The notes below the pieces were generated by a model that saw nothing but the letters and a program-made list of their open reading frames with translations, made no database searches and was not told the DNA's origin. A program made the translations under genes and the position numbers. A DNA stretch of 64,000 nucleotides from Antedon mediterranea (lineage: Eukaryota > Animalia > Echinodermata): assembly GCF_964355755.1 (NCBI RefSeq), contig NC_092670.1, positions 22,182,795 through 22,246,794 on the forward strand, written 5' to 3'. Shown one piece after another: positions 40,101 to 49,700 of this stretch (positions within the stretch are counted from its first letter, which is position 1; the number at the start of each line of letters is the position of its first letter).

Positions 40101-41477
40101 CCGCAATTAAGGCCATCAGTCCAACCCCGTCATTGGAGAGAAAAACTTCAGATGTGACCAGGTCATCTTCGGAAGAAACAGTTGCGTACGAATATTCTCT
40201 TCTGCCCGAGGTATCCATTCGGATAGCGTTGTTGGTTGAACGGTACCCTATGAAGTCGCCAGGCTCTACAAATATCTGCTCATCTCTTGGGATTTCATAA
40301 ATCTGCATCGCCCCACTCTGCTCTCGGATTTCAAGCGTGTTTTCCCCAACAATCGAAAAGTTTCCGGTAAAGTTTCGGTATAGACCAACTTTGATCGTTC
40401 CGTAGTTTTTGTTCGGTTGTATCATCCATCTGGTAATGTAGCCGTAGATGTCGGTTGCAGCTTCTAAGTCGACAATAGTACGGAATTCTTCACCCAATGC
40501 AAGGGTTTCAGTTAACTGTGCTGGCCCATATGATGTAATAGACGAATCTTTTGAAGTGCCTGAAATTAAAATAACATAATATTGTAATACATCGTCTCCA
40601 GAGAGAGTTGATACATGTAATTAACAAGGCGCACTTATGGACTTACGTACGTTTTAAAAACGCGCGTGTTGATTAAAAAGAGCCGTACCCAACCAAAATC
40701 TTGAAGATGTAGGCCTATTGTCCCCGCAACAACATAACAATGATCAATCAAATCAGACTTTGAATAGGCCAGTTTGAATAAAGTTAATTACTTCCAAAGA
40801 AAGAGAGAGAATAAAACGAAAACGAGATTATGTTTTCACTTATAACAAGACAAAATAAACGGTTAAATTCAACCGAAAAGCATTGACTGGCAGCCAATTC
40901 GACTAACTTTCGCTTTAAATTACAGTTTTTTCGGTTAAATAATTTTTATTTAGATCTAATTTTTGGTTCAAGTGAATATTACTCTTGTGTGACATAATTA
41001 TGCTACAACAACATTTTAAAATTTTTCATCTGAGGTCATGGATGAATCTCAGAGTCTAGAAATGATACAATCAAAATGATAATAGGCCTACTTACATTCA
41101 GATGGATATTCAGCAAATGTCTTGTACCTCGTCCATATAATGGTCTAAACAGTAAGTAAAAAGTAGGATTGGACATGTAAACCTTTTATTGAAAAAAACA
41201 GGCGACGAAATTTACCGGAACATTTAAGCCTGAGTAATAACAATGAGACTCTTTTGAATACAGGCCTTAGTAGGCCTAATAGTAAAAAAAAAAAATTGAA
41301 ATACTTAAGGCTGAAAAAGGAAGAGATTTCTTTTTGCTTTTAAACATTGTAGCACAGTCAATTATACTTTATCTTTTATCGATGCAGTAGGCCTTGCCTA
41401 ACTTCGTTAACAAATCAATATATACATACCTGTAGGAAAATGAGAATTGTAGCCGTTTTCCATATATTCCACGCCAT
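1..41477 (-). CDS. Gene A: giant polycystin-1/REJ-family 11-TM receptor, spliced, 51 exons in window, 3' end beyond the left edge
   Basis: Hand splicing at GT-AG sites gives one continuous frame of 12,733 nt from ATG 41477 to position 1. Motifs seen: WSC, PKD repeats, F5/8, REJ, GPS (HLTSFGG), PLAT, polycystin TOP/channel region. Confidence 0.93.
180..327. mobile_element. MITE family 1 (TIR AGCTCTGTCTACACTATCAAAC); further copies at ~12719-12879, 24105-24170, 24953-25092, 28528-28680, 31150-31282, 32895-33044, 44057-44180
   Basis: About 150-bp elements with matching TIRs and a shared internal sequence, in TA/TAA contexts. Confidence 0.85.
755..2232 (-). mobile_element. Non-autonomous Helentron/HINE-like element
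   Basis: AGGTTATATGCAT subterminal motif near both ends (~789, ~2198), 5' inverted pair, (AAAT)n tract, hairpin aattcgtca/tgacgaatt next to terminal CTAG (758-761). Confidence 0.6.
3570..3745 (-). mobile_element. Degenerate copy of the same SINE
   Basis: tgtacactggacctacggtttatagtccttatc is the reverse complement of the 46060-46095 core. Confidence 0.7.
4131..4300 (+). mobile_element. Truncated, diverged copy of the tRNA-containing repeat
   Basis: agtgttaaagagtcgctatccaatcgag...gccccagtggtctaatggttaggacatctgcatatcaagcag is shared with the 14.6-kb array. Confidence 0.75.
4753..5079. repeat. 16-bp minisatellite (TATTATCATAGTGACA/G)
   Basis: About 20 visible tandem units. Confidence 0.92.
5421..6250. 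repeat. 30-bp minisatellite (GATGTGAAGCTAGTTTGTGACAATAATCAA) filling nearly the whole intron
   Basis: About 27 units; it generates the spurious DVKLVCDNNQ ORF. Confidence 0.95.
7493..7870 (-). CDS. Gene A exon 43: PLAT/LH2 domain
   Basis: YEITFFTG..TSAHV..G..G..FERGGIDSF..LG....LRIWHDNKGKYPSWFL...WLAVEEDDG. Confidence 0.93.
8095..16561 (-). CDS. Gene A exons 32-42: GAIN domain, GPS and TM1 (16392-16561, 15593-15701, 13319-13385, 12910-12991, 12498-12651, 12110-12207, 11590-11815, 10853-11008, 10318-10477, 8854-9031, 8095-8319)
   Basis: Colinear with gene B exons; ends CMYYD..FDGMEV..CNTYHL/TSFGGG..PMNTIDL..ENPVV + TM + WARKED. Confidence 0.85.
9168..9897 (-). mobile_element. Non-autonomous Helentron/HINE-like element, family 2
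   Basis: Reverse-complement match to both ends of 50856-52562; ACCTCCGCC/GGCAGAGGT subterminal repeats; (CAAA)n tract. Confidence 0.75.
10156..10308. mobile_element. MITE family 2 (TIR CTTGGTTCCCACT); second copy at ~31606-31783
   Basis: Terminal inverted repeats and a palindromic body with ccaatca/tgattgg. Confidence 0.7.
10596..10781. mobile_element. MITE family 3 (TIR GTCTTTCACACCTG); second copy at ~13455-13619
   Basis: Matching TIRs and a shared gcacggttctggtcc motif. Confidence 0.7.
11422..11555 (-). pseudogene. Intronic copy of part of the TM exon (source-like sequence 6302-6435), flanked by 20-bp direct repeats
   Basis: Ungapped match with 15 mismatches over 125 nt (11431-11555 vs 6311-6435), including TGG>TAG. 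AACATATTATTTTCAAAAAT occurs at 11402-11421 and 11556-11575. Confidence 0.88.
14001..14351 (-). mobile_element. Second tRNA-related repeat with terminal redundancy
   Basis: Minus-strand A/B-box-like head at ~14070-14140. gtattttgtactttatgctaagtaca is repeated at ~14015 and ~14282. Confidence 0.55.
14539..15555 (+). mobile_element. Tandem array of about 2.8 copies of a ~364-bp unit containing a tRNA-like cloverleaf, flanked by a 17-bp TSD
   Basis: Unit anchors at 14551, 14915, 15278. TATATATTATTTATATT occurs at 14522-14538 and 15556-15572. Related copies at ~4131-4300 and ~56558-56860. Confidence 0.85.
14653..14724 (+). tRNA. tRNA-like cloverleaf, anticodon ATC (Asp-like), repeat-borne and probably not a housekeeping tRNA
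   Basis: All four stems pair (GCCCCAG/TTGGGGC, GTCT/GGAC, TCTGC/GCAGG, CCGAG/CTCGG). A and B boxes present, followed by a T6 run. A32 is atypical. Confidence 0.55.
16763..17489 (-). CDS. Gene A exons 30-31 (17368-17489, 16763-16970): SEA-like domain of 110 aa
   Basis: FMTNMLV..DLSTVTNKTSQSYQTFEDTITGWFDENM..YLETQI..GQGLIVTVGIIF..PTQISNVL resembles the SEA pattern. Phase 1-1. Confidence 0.6.
17066..17249. mobile_element. Tc1/mariner-type MITE
   Basis: TA-CAGTCAAATCTCC ... GGGAGAGTTGACTG-TA. Confidence 0.65.
17886..24600 (-). CDS. Gene A exons 24-29: REJ module (24426-24600, 24194-24292, 21020-21204, 19709-19903, 18528-18661, 17886-18036)
   Basis: INCGEKINPTSKFALEG; TNERPSEGNCTIEPAYG..T.F...C....DEDNPLTYQF; MPLG...VRVTDSIG. 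Confidence 0.87.
18126..18373. mobile_element. MITE-like element
   Basis: TAGAACCCTTAAGG ... CCTGATAGGGGTTCTA inverted ends. Confidence 0.5.
20165..20870. repeat. Long imperfect palindrome (foldback/MITE-like); related fragment at ~30355-30545
   Basis: The arm ~20250-20440 (ttataacacacctact, cagtgctct, agtagaacagtt, aagttgattttca) mirrors ~20535-20720. Confidence 0.7.
21920..23127. repeat. Composite repeat: 16-17-bp minisatellite (GGACAACTACCCCACTA) with direct and inverted block duplications
   Basis: Array 21920-22420. Block ~22425-22568 is repeated at ~22665-22808 and inverted at ~22986-23127. Confidence 0.9.
23398..23530 (-). mobile_element. Possible LINE 3'-end remnant
   Basis: (AATTC)n tail, AATAAA on the minus strand and adjacent hairpin-forming segments (aatccc/gggatt). 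Confidence 0.35.
23863..24102. repeat. About 22-bp degenerate tandem repeat (TAATCCGTTCGAACGAATTAG-like)
   Basis: Repeated palindromic-core units. Confidence 0.75.
25180..28221 (-). CDS. Gene A exon 23: 3,042-bp exon encoding multiple PKD repeats and the start of REJ
   Basis: ORF 25154..28018 extends upstream to the acceptor at 28221. Repeated HTY..PG.Y.V.V...N.VS....V.VQ motifs, then PCKKPVV, IPRATLGYG.Y, IDGG..R, D...SKDPD, FFWFCR. Confidence 0.93.
28717..33977 (-). CDS. Gene A exons 14-22: four tandem F5/8 type C (discoidin) domains (33862-33977, 33283-33417, 32705-32846 | 31894-32195, 31335-31476 | 30792-31075, 30134-30272 | 29451-29722, 28717-28852)
   Basis: CRDPLGMEDSTITDSQITASS, EWIQVDL, GLVTQG, YSLDG/YSIDG, FTGN.D, TRYLRI.P..W...SFEIYGC motifs. 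Confidence 0.9.
34124..37732 (-). CDS. Gene A exons 6-13: PKD-like repeats with nested insert (37585-37732, 36995-37230, 36576-36742, 35878-36208, 35261-35575, 34903-35096, 34470-34608, 34124-34255)
   Basis: PKD-like motifs GSNVQVDIDFG, FNLGNG..YIWNTTGTYLVKATGYNEIS, IIQDNITGL, GSHMGYNV. All junctions are phase-consistent. Confidence 0.8.
38087..38924 (-). CDS. Gene A exons 4-5 (38801-38924, 38087-38271): WSC domain
   Basis: HTGCYPE...ECYQICKNLDYKYSSVRDGGACLCG...FCDEMCGINGDKCGG matches the 8-Cys WSC pattern. Confidence 0.85.
39015..39310. mobile_element. MITE-like element
   Basis: TAAGGTCGTGTCTCCGCGGCC ... GGCTGTGGAAACACGGCCTTA inverted ends. Confidence 0.55.
40086..40559 (-). CDS. Gene A exon 3: unnamed beta-rich extracellular domain
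   Basis: ORF 40054..40497 (GYITRW..GTIKVGLYR..FSIVGEN..IFVEPGDFIG); phase 1-1 exon with cag/gtaag ends. Confidence 0.8.
41096..41477 (-). CDS. Gene A exons 1-2 (41430-41477, 41096-41144): signal-peptide-like N-terminus
   Basis: Spliced translation MAWNIWKTATILIFLQ|TIIWTRYKTFAEYPSE with canonical donors (gtatgt, gtaagt). It joins exon 3 in phase 1. Confidence 0.7.
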
Positions 41478-43566
41478 TATAGCTTTCGAATATATACACC
41501 ACTTAAACTGTCATTTCAACGACTGATAAGTCGCAACTGAACATACTAGAAATAGTAGAATTTCACAACTACGTATTTCAAAGAATCAATCGGAAGAATA
41601 TGGACTATACCATTTATCTAAACAGGTTGATTAAATATTCTGTGGTTTATACGTATATCATTATATATAAAATTGAAACGTTAATAATTCACATTTGTAA
41701 TAGATAATGTATATTGTATTTATTAATCTAAAGCTATACACCTTGCAACATTTACATATACCGTATTATACAGGCAATGTATATATATTATAACAATTAA
41801 AAATGTCATCTTCACGATCTACCCTAAACACTATTGGAACAGTCAAATTTTATGGACAATTTTCGATTTGTTTTCCCGTCATTAAATTCGATTATTTTTC
41901 AAGATATCGAACGAAATTTCACAAAGAAATATATATGTATGTAAATAATATATGTATATATCTTTAAAATATATATAAATGTACACAGAGTATCGAAATA
42001 AAAGTGGGACGAACCCAAAAGAAAAAAAGAAATATCGATGTATAAAACCATGGAGCTATAATTTATAGCTCCATGATAAAACCATCTTCGTTTGATGCAA
42101 ATTACCATCTCACCGATTTAAACAATTGGAAATTCATTTAAAAAAATGATTCATGGATTATGATGTTTAGTAATAATAATATAAAACATATATATTGCGC
42201 CAATGATAATGATGATGATTAAAGGAGCATTTTTGTATCATGAAATTTGTGTTTCTAAGAAAGTGGGTGAAAGTTTTCCAAAGAGAGGAACCAACCAAAG
42301 GAGCGTCTACCGTAAGTCTTAGTGCGGAAACAGGGAACCGATAGCAATGACGTCAGAGGAGCAATGGGGGCGAGATGGAACGTATGGAGGAATAAGTTTA
42401 GGGAGTGGACGGGAAAAATTTAAAATCATTATCTTAATAAACACTTCAATGATTACAATGTAACCAGCTGTCTCTTTTATCTTAATATCTATGTATATTG
42501 TTATGAAAATGAAAAATAAATACATAGGGGCTCTACACTAACGATACACTTTTATTTAACATTACAATTCCAGTTTTAGTTGTTAGCGTCATTGCGTCAC
42601 GGACTCAATTAACTTCTATACACTTTAAAGGATCTTTTGTTTTAGCATCGAATCATTGTTGATTTGTTTTTGTCTATTCAATAATATTGACATGTTTTGT
42701 CAATACTCCAGTTCAATGTTGTCATAGTTACCACAAACTAATATTAATACAGAATAATGAACTACTGTATTACAAATTATTTTATTACTGTATGTTTAAA
42801 GATGGGAGAAAAAACTAATATTAATACAGTGTTAAACAGTATGACGAAACGTTTTTACTTTTACAATTCTATTCATATCTTTACTATGAACAACTCATCA
42901 ACATATAATATAATAGTTTCTCTTAAATCTGATTTGTAATTGCATGCTAGGCCTACTTTAACTCAAACTTGTTGCCGTAGTATCAGAATTATTACCGTAG
43001 GACTACATTAGTATTAGCAATACATAGGTACATTGTCATACAACAAGTAAACAAAATCTTCTACAGTACTCTATGAAAAGGAGGAATATCTACATTACTC
43101 AGCATATTGAATAATAATATGTATTTATCACATTTACATAACAGAAAATGACAAATTTGATTTTCAAACAACAAGATAACATTTTTTTATCTCGAAAACA
43201 TAATGGTTTTACTTATTACGAGGTTATTTATCCTGAGTTTCATATAATATATATATTTTGAATAAGTTGATTCATTTTTTAATTTCACCCACAATATGAA
43301 TTTACTGTATGTAATAATAATAATAATAATATTTATTCGGCAAAAGTTCATAAAAGTACATTTCACAATTCATCTTGCCAGGAGCAAGTAATAGGCATGA
43401 GCCCAAACAGAAAACTGCTCTTACTCCATCAAACTGTCAGATGATAAAATGAAATTACTTTATAATCAAATCCTTGGTTATTGATATACTATAATACACT
43501 ATTTGGTACGTACATAACTAAAATACATTACAAGGAGTGAGAGTAGATGAAACAGATCACTCTAGC

Positions 43567-43718
43567 CTAGGCTGTAAATATGATACGCTCATCGCTCTGA
43601 CCATAATCAGGACCTAAATGTTCCAAGCGTTCCTTGCGAATAAAAAGGTTCAAATTATCAACCATTGATGTTAGTTTTTCTTTCAACTCATCGCAATCAA
43701 CTTGAACTGGATCGATTC
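43567..43718 (-). CDS. Gene B terminal coding exon: short coiled-coil-like tail
   Basis: GIDPVQVDCDELKEKLTSMVDNLNLFIRKERLEHLGPDYGQSDERIIFTA*, in phase with exon 44250-44519. Confidence 0.8.
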
Positions 43719-46700
43719 CTAGAAAAAGATAAAAAACGTCATTTATATTGTATAAAGTGAAGAAAACTTTTTATTTCACAAAAGCAATGTATAGTACCAA
43801 GGTGAGAGAAAACACATTCAATCACAGAAAAGTGACTGTCGATATTTATCAACTCTCTGCTCACAAGATATGGAATGTATCACAAAAAGGATTAGAAAAT
43901 ATCACATTACAATTAGGTGTACTGTGGGACTGAAACATGTATTAATTAATACATAATATCATAATACCAAACACCAGTATTCTCCTGTCCCTAATGTGGT
44001 CGGTATATAGAGGAAGACACAAATACTCTTAATGTAAATCTACTGCTGTGGTTTTAAGCTCTGTCTACACTATCAAACTAGTTTGACAAAAAAGTGTGAT
44101 GACCCCAAATATAGTAGTGATATTCTCAAATACAGTAGTGATATGACATCATCATGTCCATAAATGACACATCATTTTTGATGATTTTTGTCTGATTGCA
44201 ATTCTTGGTTCTTTTTTTTTGGTATTGTATAAATCACACTAATACATACCATCAATATATGGAACGGTTTTAACTGGTTTTTTTAGTCGCTTTTCAGCAA
44301 AACCGGTCCATCGTTTGAAGCGGTGTATCATGAAATCTACGATTTCTAGATCATTTTGGATGTTTTCAGAGCTGGAGTGTTTGACTACACAAAATGCTTC
44401 AATTATCACTGTCAGAAACATGTTCATAAGGATGAAGATTGAAATCGTAGCAAAACTGAAGAAGTATATCGGTCCTAAAATGCGGCTAACACCAACCAAT
44501 GAGCTGAAGTCAAATTTACCTGTTTTTTTAAAGAGAAAAACCAAAATCAATTATATAGGTATATATTTTTTTTTATTGTTTGTCGTTTTACATTTGCATT
44601 TTTATGTATCATATATTGTAGGGTTCCTCATTAGACAAGCATTTGCTTCCAATGATAAGCATCCCAGTTATTCTTAACTGAATAATGGAATTAATTAAAT
44701 TAAGATTTTCTTGTATCAAGTTTCAAGTATCTATGGAACACATTACTACAGGATACGTTGGAGTCAACATTACAAGATAGAGGGTTGAAGAATTCTATCT
44801 CCGATGAAATCTATCAAAATCATAATGAAACAAATGAAGAAAGTGGAATTCAAGAAATTACAAATCTCGGGTGCATACATAAGACCAAAACATGTGCGAC
44901 TTCAACATTTAATATTAACAGCTTTTCATCAATTACTTCATAACATTAGTACAAAGACAAACAAAAAAACAGAGATTCCTTAAAGAAATTAAATTTTGTT
45001 TGATGCATTTCACAATAAACCATAGTTTAAAATCAATGTATTGATTGGAATTTGGTTGTTATTTTCACTAGGAAGAATAATTTGGCATTGCCTTTATGTC
45101 TATAGATAAATATTGATTAATTGATATTTGTTAATCAACTGAAAATGTCATAATGAAACACAGTACAGTGTCTTTACAATTGTTAATTAGTATTATAATC
45201 AATCAATTAACTTTTTATAAGAAATTATGTCAGTGAAAAACAACAAAAGTAATAAATATAAAAGAAAGACCTCCACTAGACTTAATTTAAATTCCTTTAA
45301 AATCAATTATGGACCTGAACAAATGTAATAATATTCAGGTATTTCAAAATATTGTTAAATGACGACTTCCAATAAACTGTGTATCGGATTTTAACTACTA
45401 ATGACTAATAATAATAATAATATTATTCAGAAAAGAGTATATACAAACAAAATGTCCATCATTAACACCAATAAAGTACACAAATGTACACAAAAAACAG
45501 TTTTCCACAACACTAAAAATTAAAATACATTATGGGGATAAACCAGGAACAGAAACCAACATACTATATGAATTGACCAAAGTCAAAATTGTAATTTTTA
45601 GAATTTGTGAAAAATAAATTAGTTTCTTACCAAGTAAAAACGAAAACAGGGATTCCATAGTAGTTACCACGGTTACATAATCATAGAGCGAGTTGCTGAA
45701 TAGCAGAAAACCACAACAAGTATAGCCCATGAAGATGACGCCAAACATGATCAAAAACAGCAGTACCTCATACCAACAGGCTATTACGGTCTCACAAAAC
45801 AAGCGCAGTCGGTAGTTGAAGCGTAGCAGTTTCATGAACTTTATGGTGAATATGAACAAGACAAAACCCATCATCCATTTAAAGTACTAAGAAGGAAAAA
45901 CAATTACAGATGTTGTTTTTATGGAGAACACAAATATATGTTATATGGCCGAGCGGTTAAGGCAGGGGCGCCGTTTACCGTACCTAAAGAGCCAACAACA
46001 ACATCGGCAAGGGTTCGAGGCCGACTCGCTCCTAGTTCTGGTGGTGGAACAAGTCTTCTCGGATAAGGACTATAAACCGTAGGTCCAGTGTACACAGTTA
46101 TAACATGTGTGTACTTTAAAGAACCCAGTCCATTATTCGAAAAAGAGTAGGGGGTTACCCCGGTGAACTGGTTCACACAATAGCCCCTGTATCAGGGGGA
46201 TTACCACCTATCTGATAGGACAGTGATTAATTCACTATTGGTAATCCTTGGCCACATTGCCTAAAGACATAAAATAAAATAAAAAAAAAAATTAAAAAAA
46301 ATAAAACTCATTCATTTATAAAATGAAATTCATTCATATTACAAAAAATAAAATTACTACAAATACCTTTTTTTAATACCTAATTTCTATATAATTATGG
46401 TATTTGTATAAATGTGCAACATCTAAACATCAAAGTAGTAGTACACACTTATCCACAATTAATTTCTTTGGGTTAAAAAAAGGTGTTTCTTACCGTCTCC
46501 CAGTGAACTACATACTGGAAATTAAGAAGCTTTGTTGGCGATTCCTTGCGTTCAGAAACCAATTTCATGCTCTCAAAAAGACGATAGAAATACATAAAAA
46601 CAGCTGTAACCGCAATTGATAGCGTTATAAGTTCGACAATATTTTCCTTGTCTTTAAAGTATTTTTTGCGTAACTGTAGAATTTTTTTCACTTCGGTGTA

Positions 46701-49700
46701 CGTAAACCATAAAACAAACAAGAGGAAAATGCCTTCTAGGCCCAGTAGAGCATATTCAGAAAAGGTCAGGTTGTTTATGGTTTTCAGTTTGGTAACTTTG
46801 AAGTCGACATATCCCAGCATTCCTTGAAATAAAAAGAGAACAATCCCTGACCATGTATTCATCATCTTGTACAATAAAAAAATTCAATTCCTAGATTACA
46901 ATCTCTTTTTGACAATTTATATGAGACTTATATATGAGATATACAGTAATTATATATACTAGAGGGTGAGCTCGCTTCGCTCGCTCCCCCTCTAGGAAGT
47001 GTAGACGATGGTTCTCTGAATGATAATGTTCTCCTTATACATTTTCTGTCGGTTACCATTATTGAAAATGCTTGACATTCGTAAAACTAAACTACTTTGT
47101 TTCACAGTGTTTTAGATGATTAATAACATTTTAAAGTATAGTTTTTATTGTTTGGTAGGGCCCTTTGGGGAGGCGGAGGTCATTTGAGGGAGGTGCTTAC
47201 TCGAGGGATATATGTTAAATTTTTTAGTTCTAATAATATGGTAACATTTATAATCAAATGAAACCCTCTCATAGATATGAAAAGTGGTAAAAAAGAATAA
47301 CAAATGCTTGGTAAATTGCAGATAACAGTGCGGTGAATTCTACTACAAATAGTATAATTGTGTTATTATAAATATGTGGATGGACGTTTATTAGATAGTT
47401 GGGTTGGGGGGGGGGGGGCTGGCGAGGTTATTATTCAAAGTTTTATTGGAGAGGCGTTTATTCAAATGAATACCATCCTAATAATTATTAATACATTATT
47501 TAATTTAATCATCTTTTGAAACTAACTGCCGTGACAGAGTGGGCCCAAGAAAGAAGACATTATGGCTTGCAACATGGGCAGACATCTCGGTCCTAACGGG
47601 ACACAGGAAGATAGCCTAAAGTTATTCCTGCAAGCTTACTCAATAAAACTCAGCTATCGGGATTTCACTCGAAAAATGTCTTATCAAATCTCCCTATGTA
47701 ATTTTATAATACTATTCCCCACAATATATTCTGATTCTTTATGGTGTATATTTAATTTGATCTTTATTAATTTGCAATATAATTCCTATTATTTAACTAC
47801 TGTACCTTCACACACGTGTGGTATGTTTTAAAATAAACAAAAAACTGAAATGGCTATGATTAATGGCCAATTTTTTTTTCGTTTTCCAAAGGGACACTGT
47901 ATTGATTGATGGAAAGTGCCTGTTTCCAGTCACCTTTAGGGTCAAATCTATTATTTTAACTGCTCCCTTGTGTTTAAAAGAGAGAAAATATTTGAAACCA
48001 GGTCGTTGCAAGGTGAACTTATCTTAAACCCGGAAATTACTTTGACCGGGAAGAATTGAAATTGAGAGGAAAATCTAATGTTGAAATCATAAATGTTGTT
48101 AAAAAACTCTTTATAATATCTTCCTAAGATATAAATATGGAACAATAGCGTCGGCGTGCACACTAATGTTATCAAATCTACGTTTCGCGGTACATCTCGG
48201 ATAGATAAGGTAGGTATCCAAGGCGGAGATTTGTACCGAAGTTTTTGCATTGTGCTCGCCTATGTCAGAATTAACCATAATTTATATATAGATAGTTTAA
48301 ACTATAATTTATCGTTTAATAGTTTATAGAGTAGAGAAAGGTGACCAAGTTAAAACGCCACCTGTGTGGATACTAGAAGATCACAAGGTAGACAAAAAAA
48401 AAGCTTGGAGCACAACATGATGGCTAGCTACAGACTTGTCACAAAAGGCAGTAAGAAGATCACAGTGAAGTTTACAATAAGAACTACTGTAGTTTATTTA
48501 CCTCCCTGTGGTAGAAAATCAACCATAAGGTATGATACAACATAGAAGTCCATAACAGGATTATAGATGACAAAGTCAATAAAGATGGCTCTGGTATACT
48601 GATCTAGCCAATCCGTCTCTTTCAAGTAGGTTGTCATGGATAAGCTCTCTGCACTAGATGAACCAAGCTGGGCCAAGTATCCACCACCATTGTACAATGC
48701 CACATTTCCCCAAAACGGCAGCTTTTTAAGATCATACCAGGAATGGTATTTCCAACATCCTATCCAGGAATTCTCTTCATAATTTGGAAGGTCTAGAAGG
48801 AAATGTTATATTCATCTATCTATTAGGTAAAAATTAGATCCATGGTGTATCTAGGCCTCACAAAGGTGGTTGCTAATTGGAGGCAATATTTATGGTATTG
48901 TATTTGTACAGTAAATTATGTAGATAGAAATTATTTAGGGAAATTAATAGAGAACTATTTATAGACCTCTGAATTAGGAATGCTTACATGATACATTGGT
49001 TATTGGTGTCCACTTTTCAAGGAAGTTGTCAACTTCTTCATCTCCATAGCTGTACTCAACTCGACAATCCTGTTTAAACTGTGCTTGCATCACGTCAGGC
49101 ACCTCACATTTATCTATTTATCATATAAATAAACTCTTATTATCCAAGTTGGGAATAAGCCGGTGGTAAGCAGGGGATAAGCTGGGGAATAATATAAGGA
49201 TAATCTGAGAGATATTGATGGGATTAGCAGAGTAATAAGTTGGAAAGACAGGCTAAAGAAAGGCTTAGAGGTAAATCATTTAAAAGACTTATTTGCGCGT
49301 TTATAGAAAATTTTAGCTAAAAATGTGTCTAATTTGATTTTTTTTAAGGGTATATAATCCAATCTAGATGGCAGTATTGACAATTAAACTAACTTATCTC
49401 TAGATGGCAGTGTTCAATAAATCAACACTTCAGCAGTACTTCTACAAGCACTCTCTCAGTTCTCACAAACTAACCTTTCTGAATTCTGACTTGTCTAAAA
49501 ACCGGCACACCAATAAGATATGATTGCTGATCTGCCACTAGCTTTAGAGGATCATCTATACTACTTGAAGAGTCGTCTGGAAAGAGACTTGGAATGAGAA
49601 CATTATCCGTCCAATTCCAAAACTGTTCTCTCTTTAAAGCCTACAAGAAATTTCAGTAATTTATCTTAAATAAATTATTGTTTTAAATTATTAATTGAGA

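Noticed and set aside
41096-41176. Alternative start ATG at 41176
   Set aside because: It ends in phase 0, incompatible with exon 3, and lacks a hydrophobic signal.
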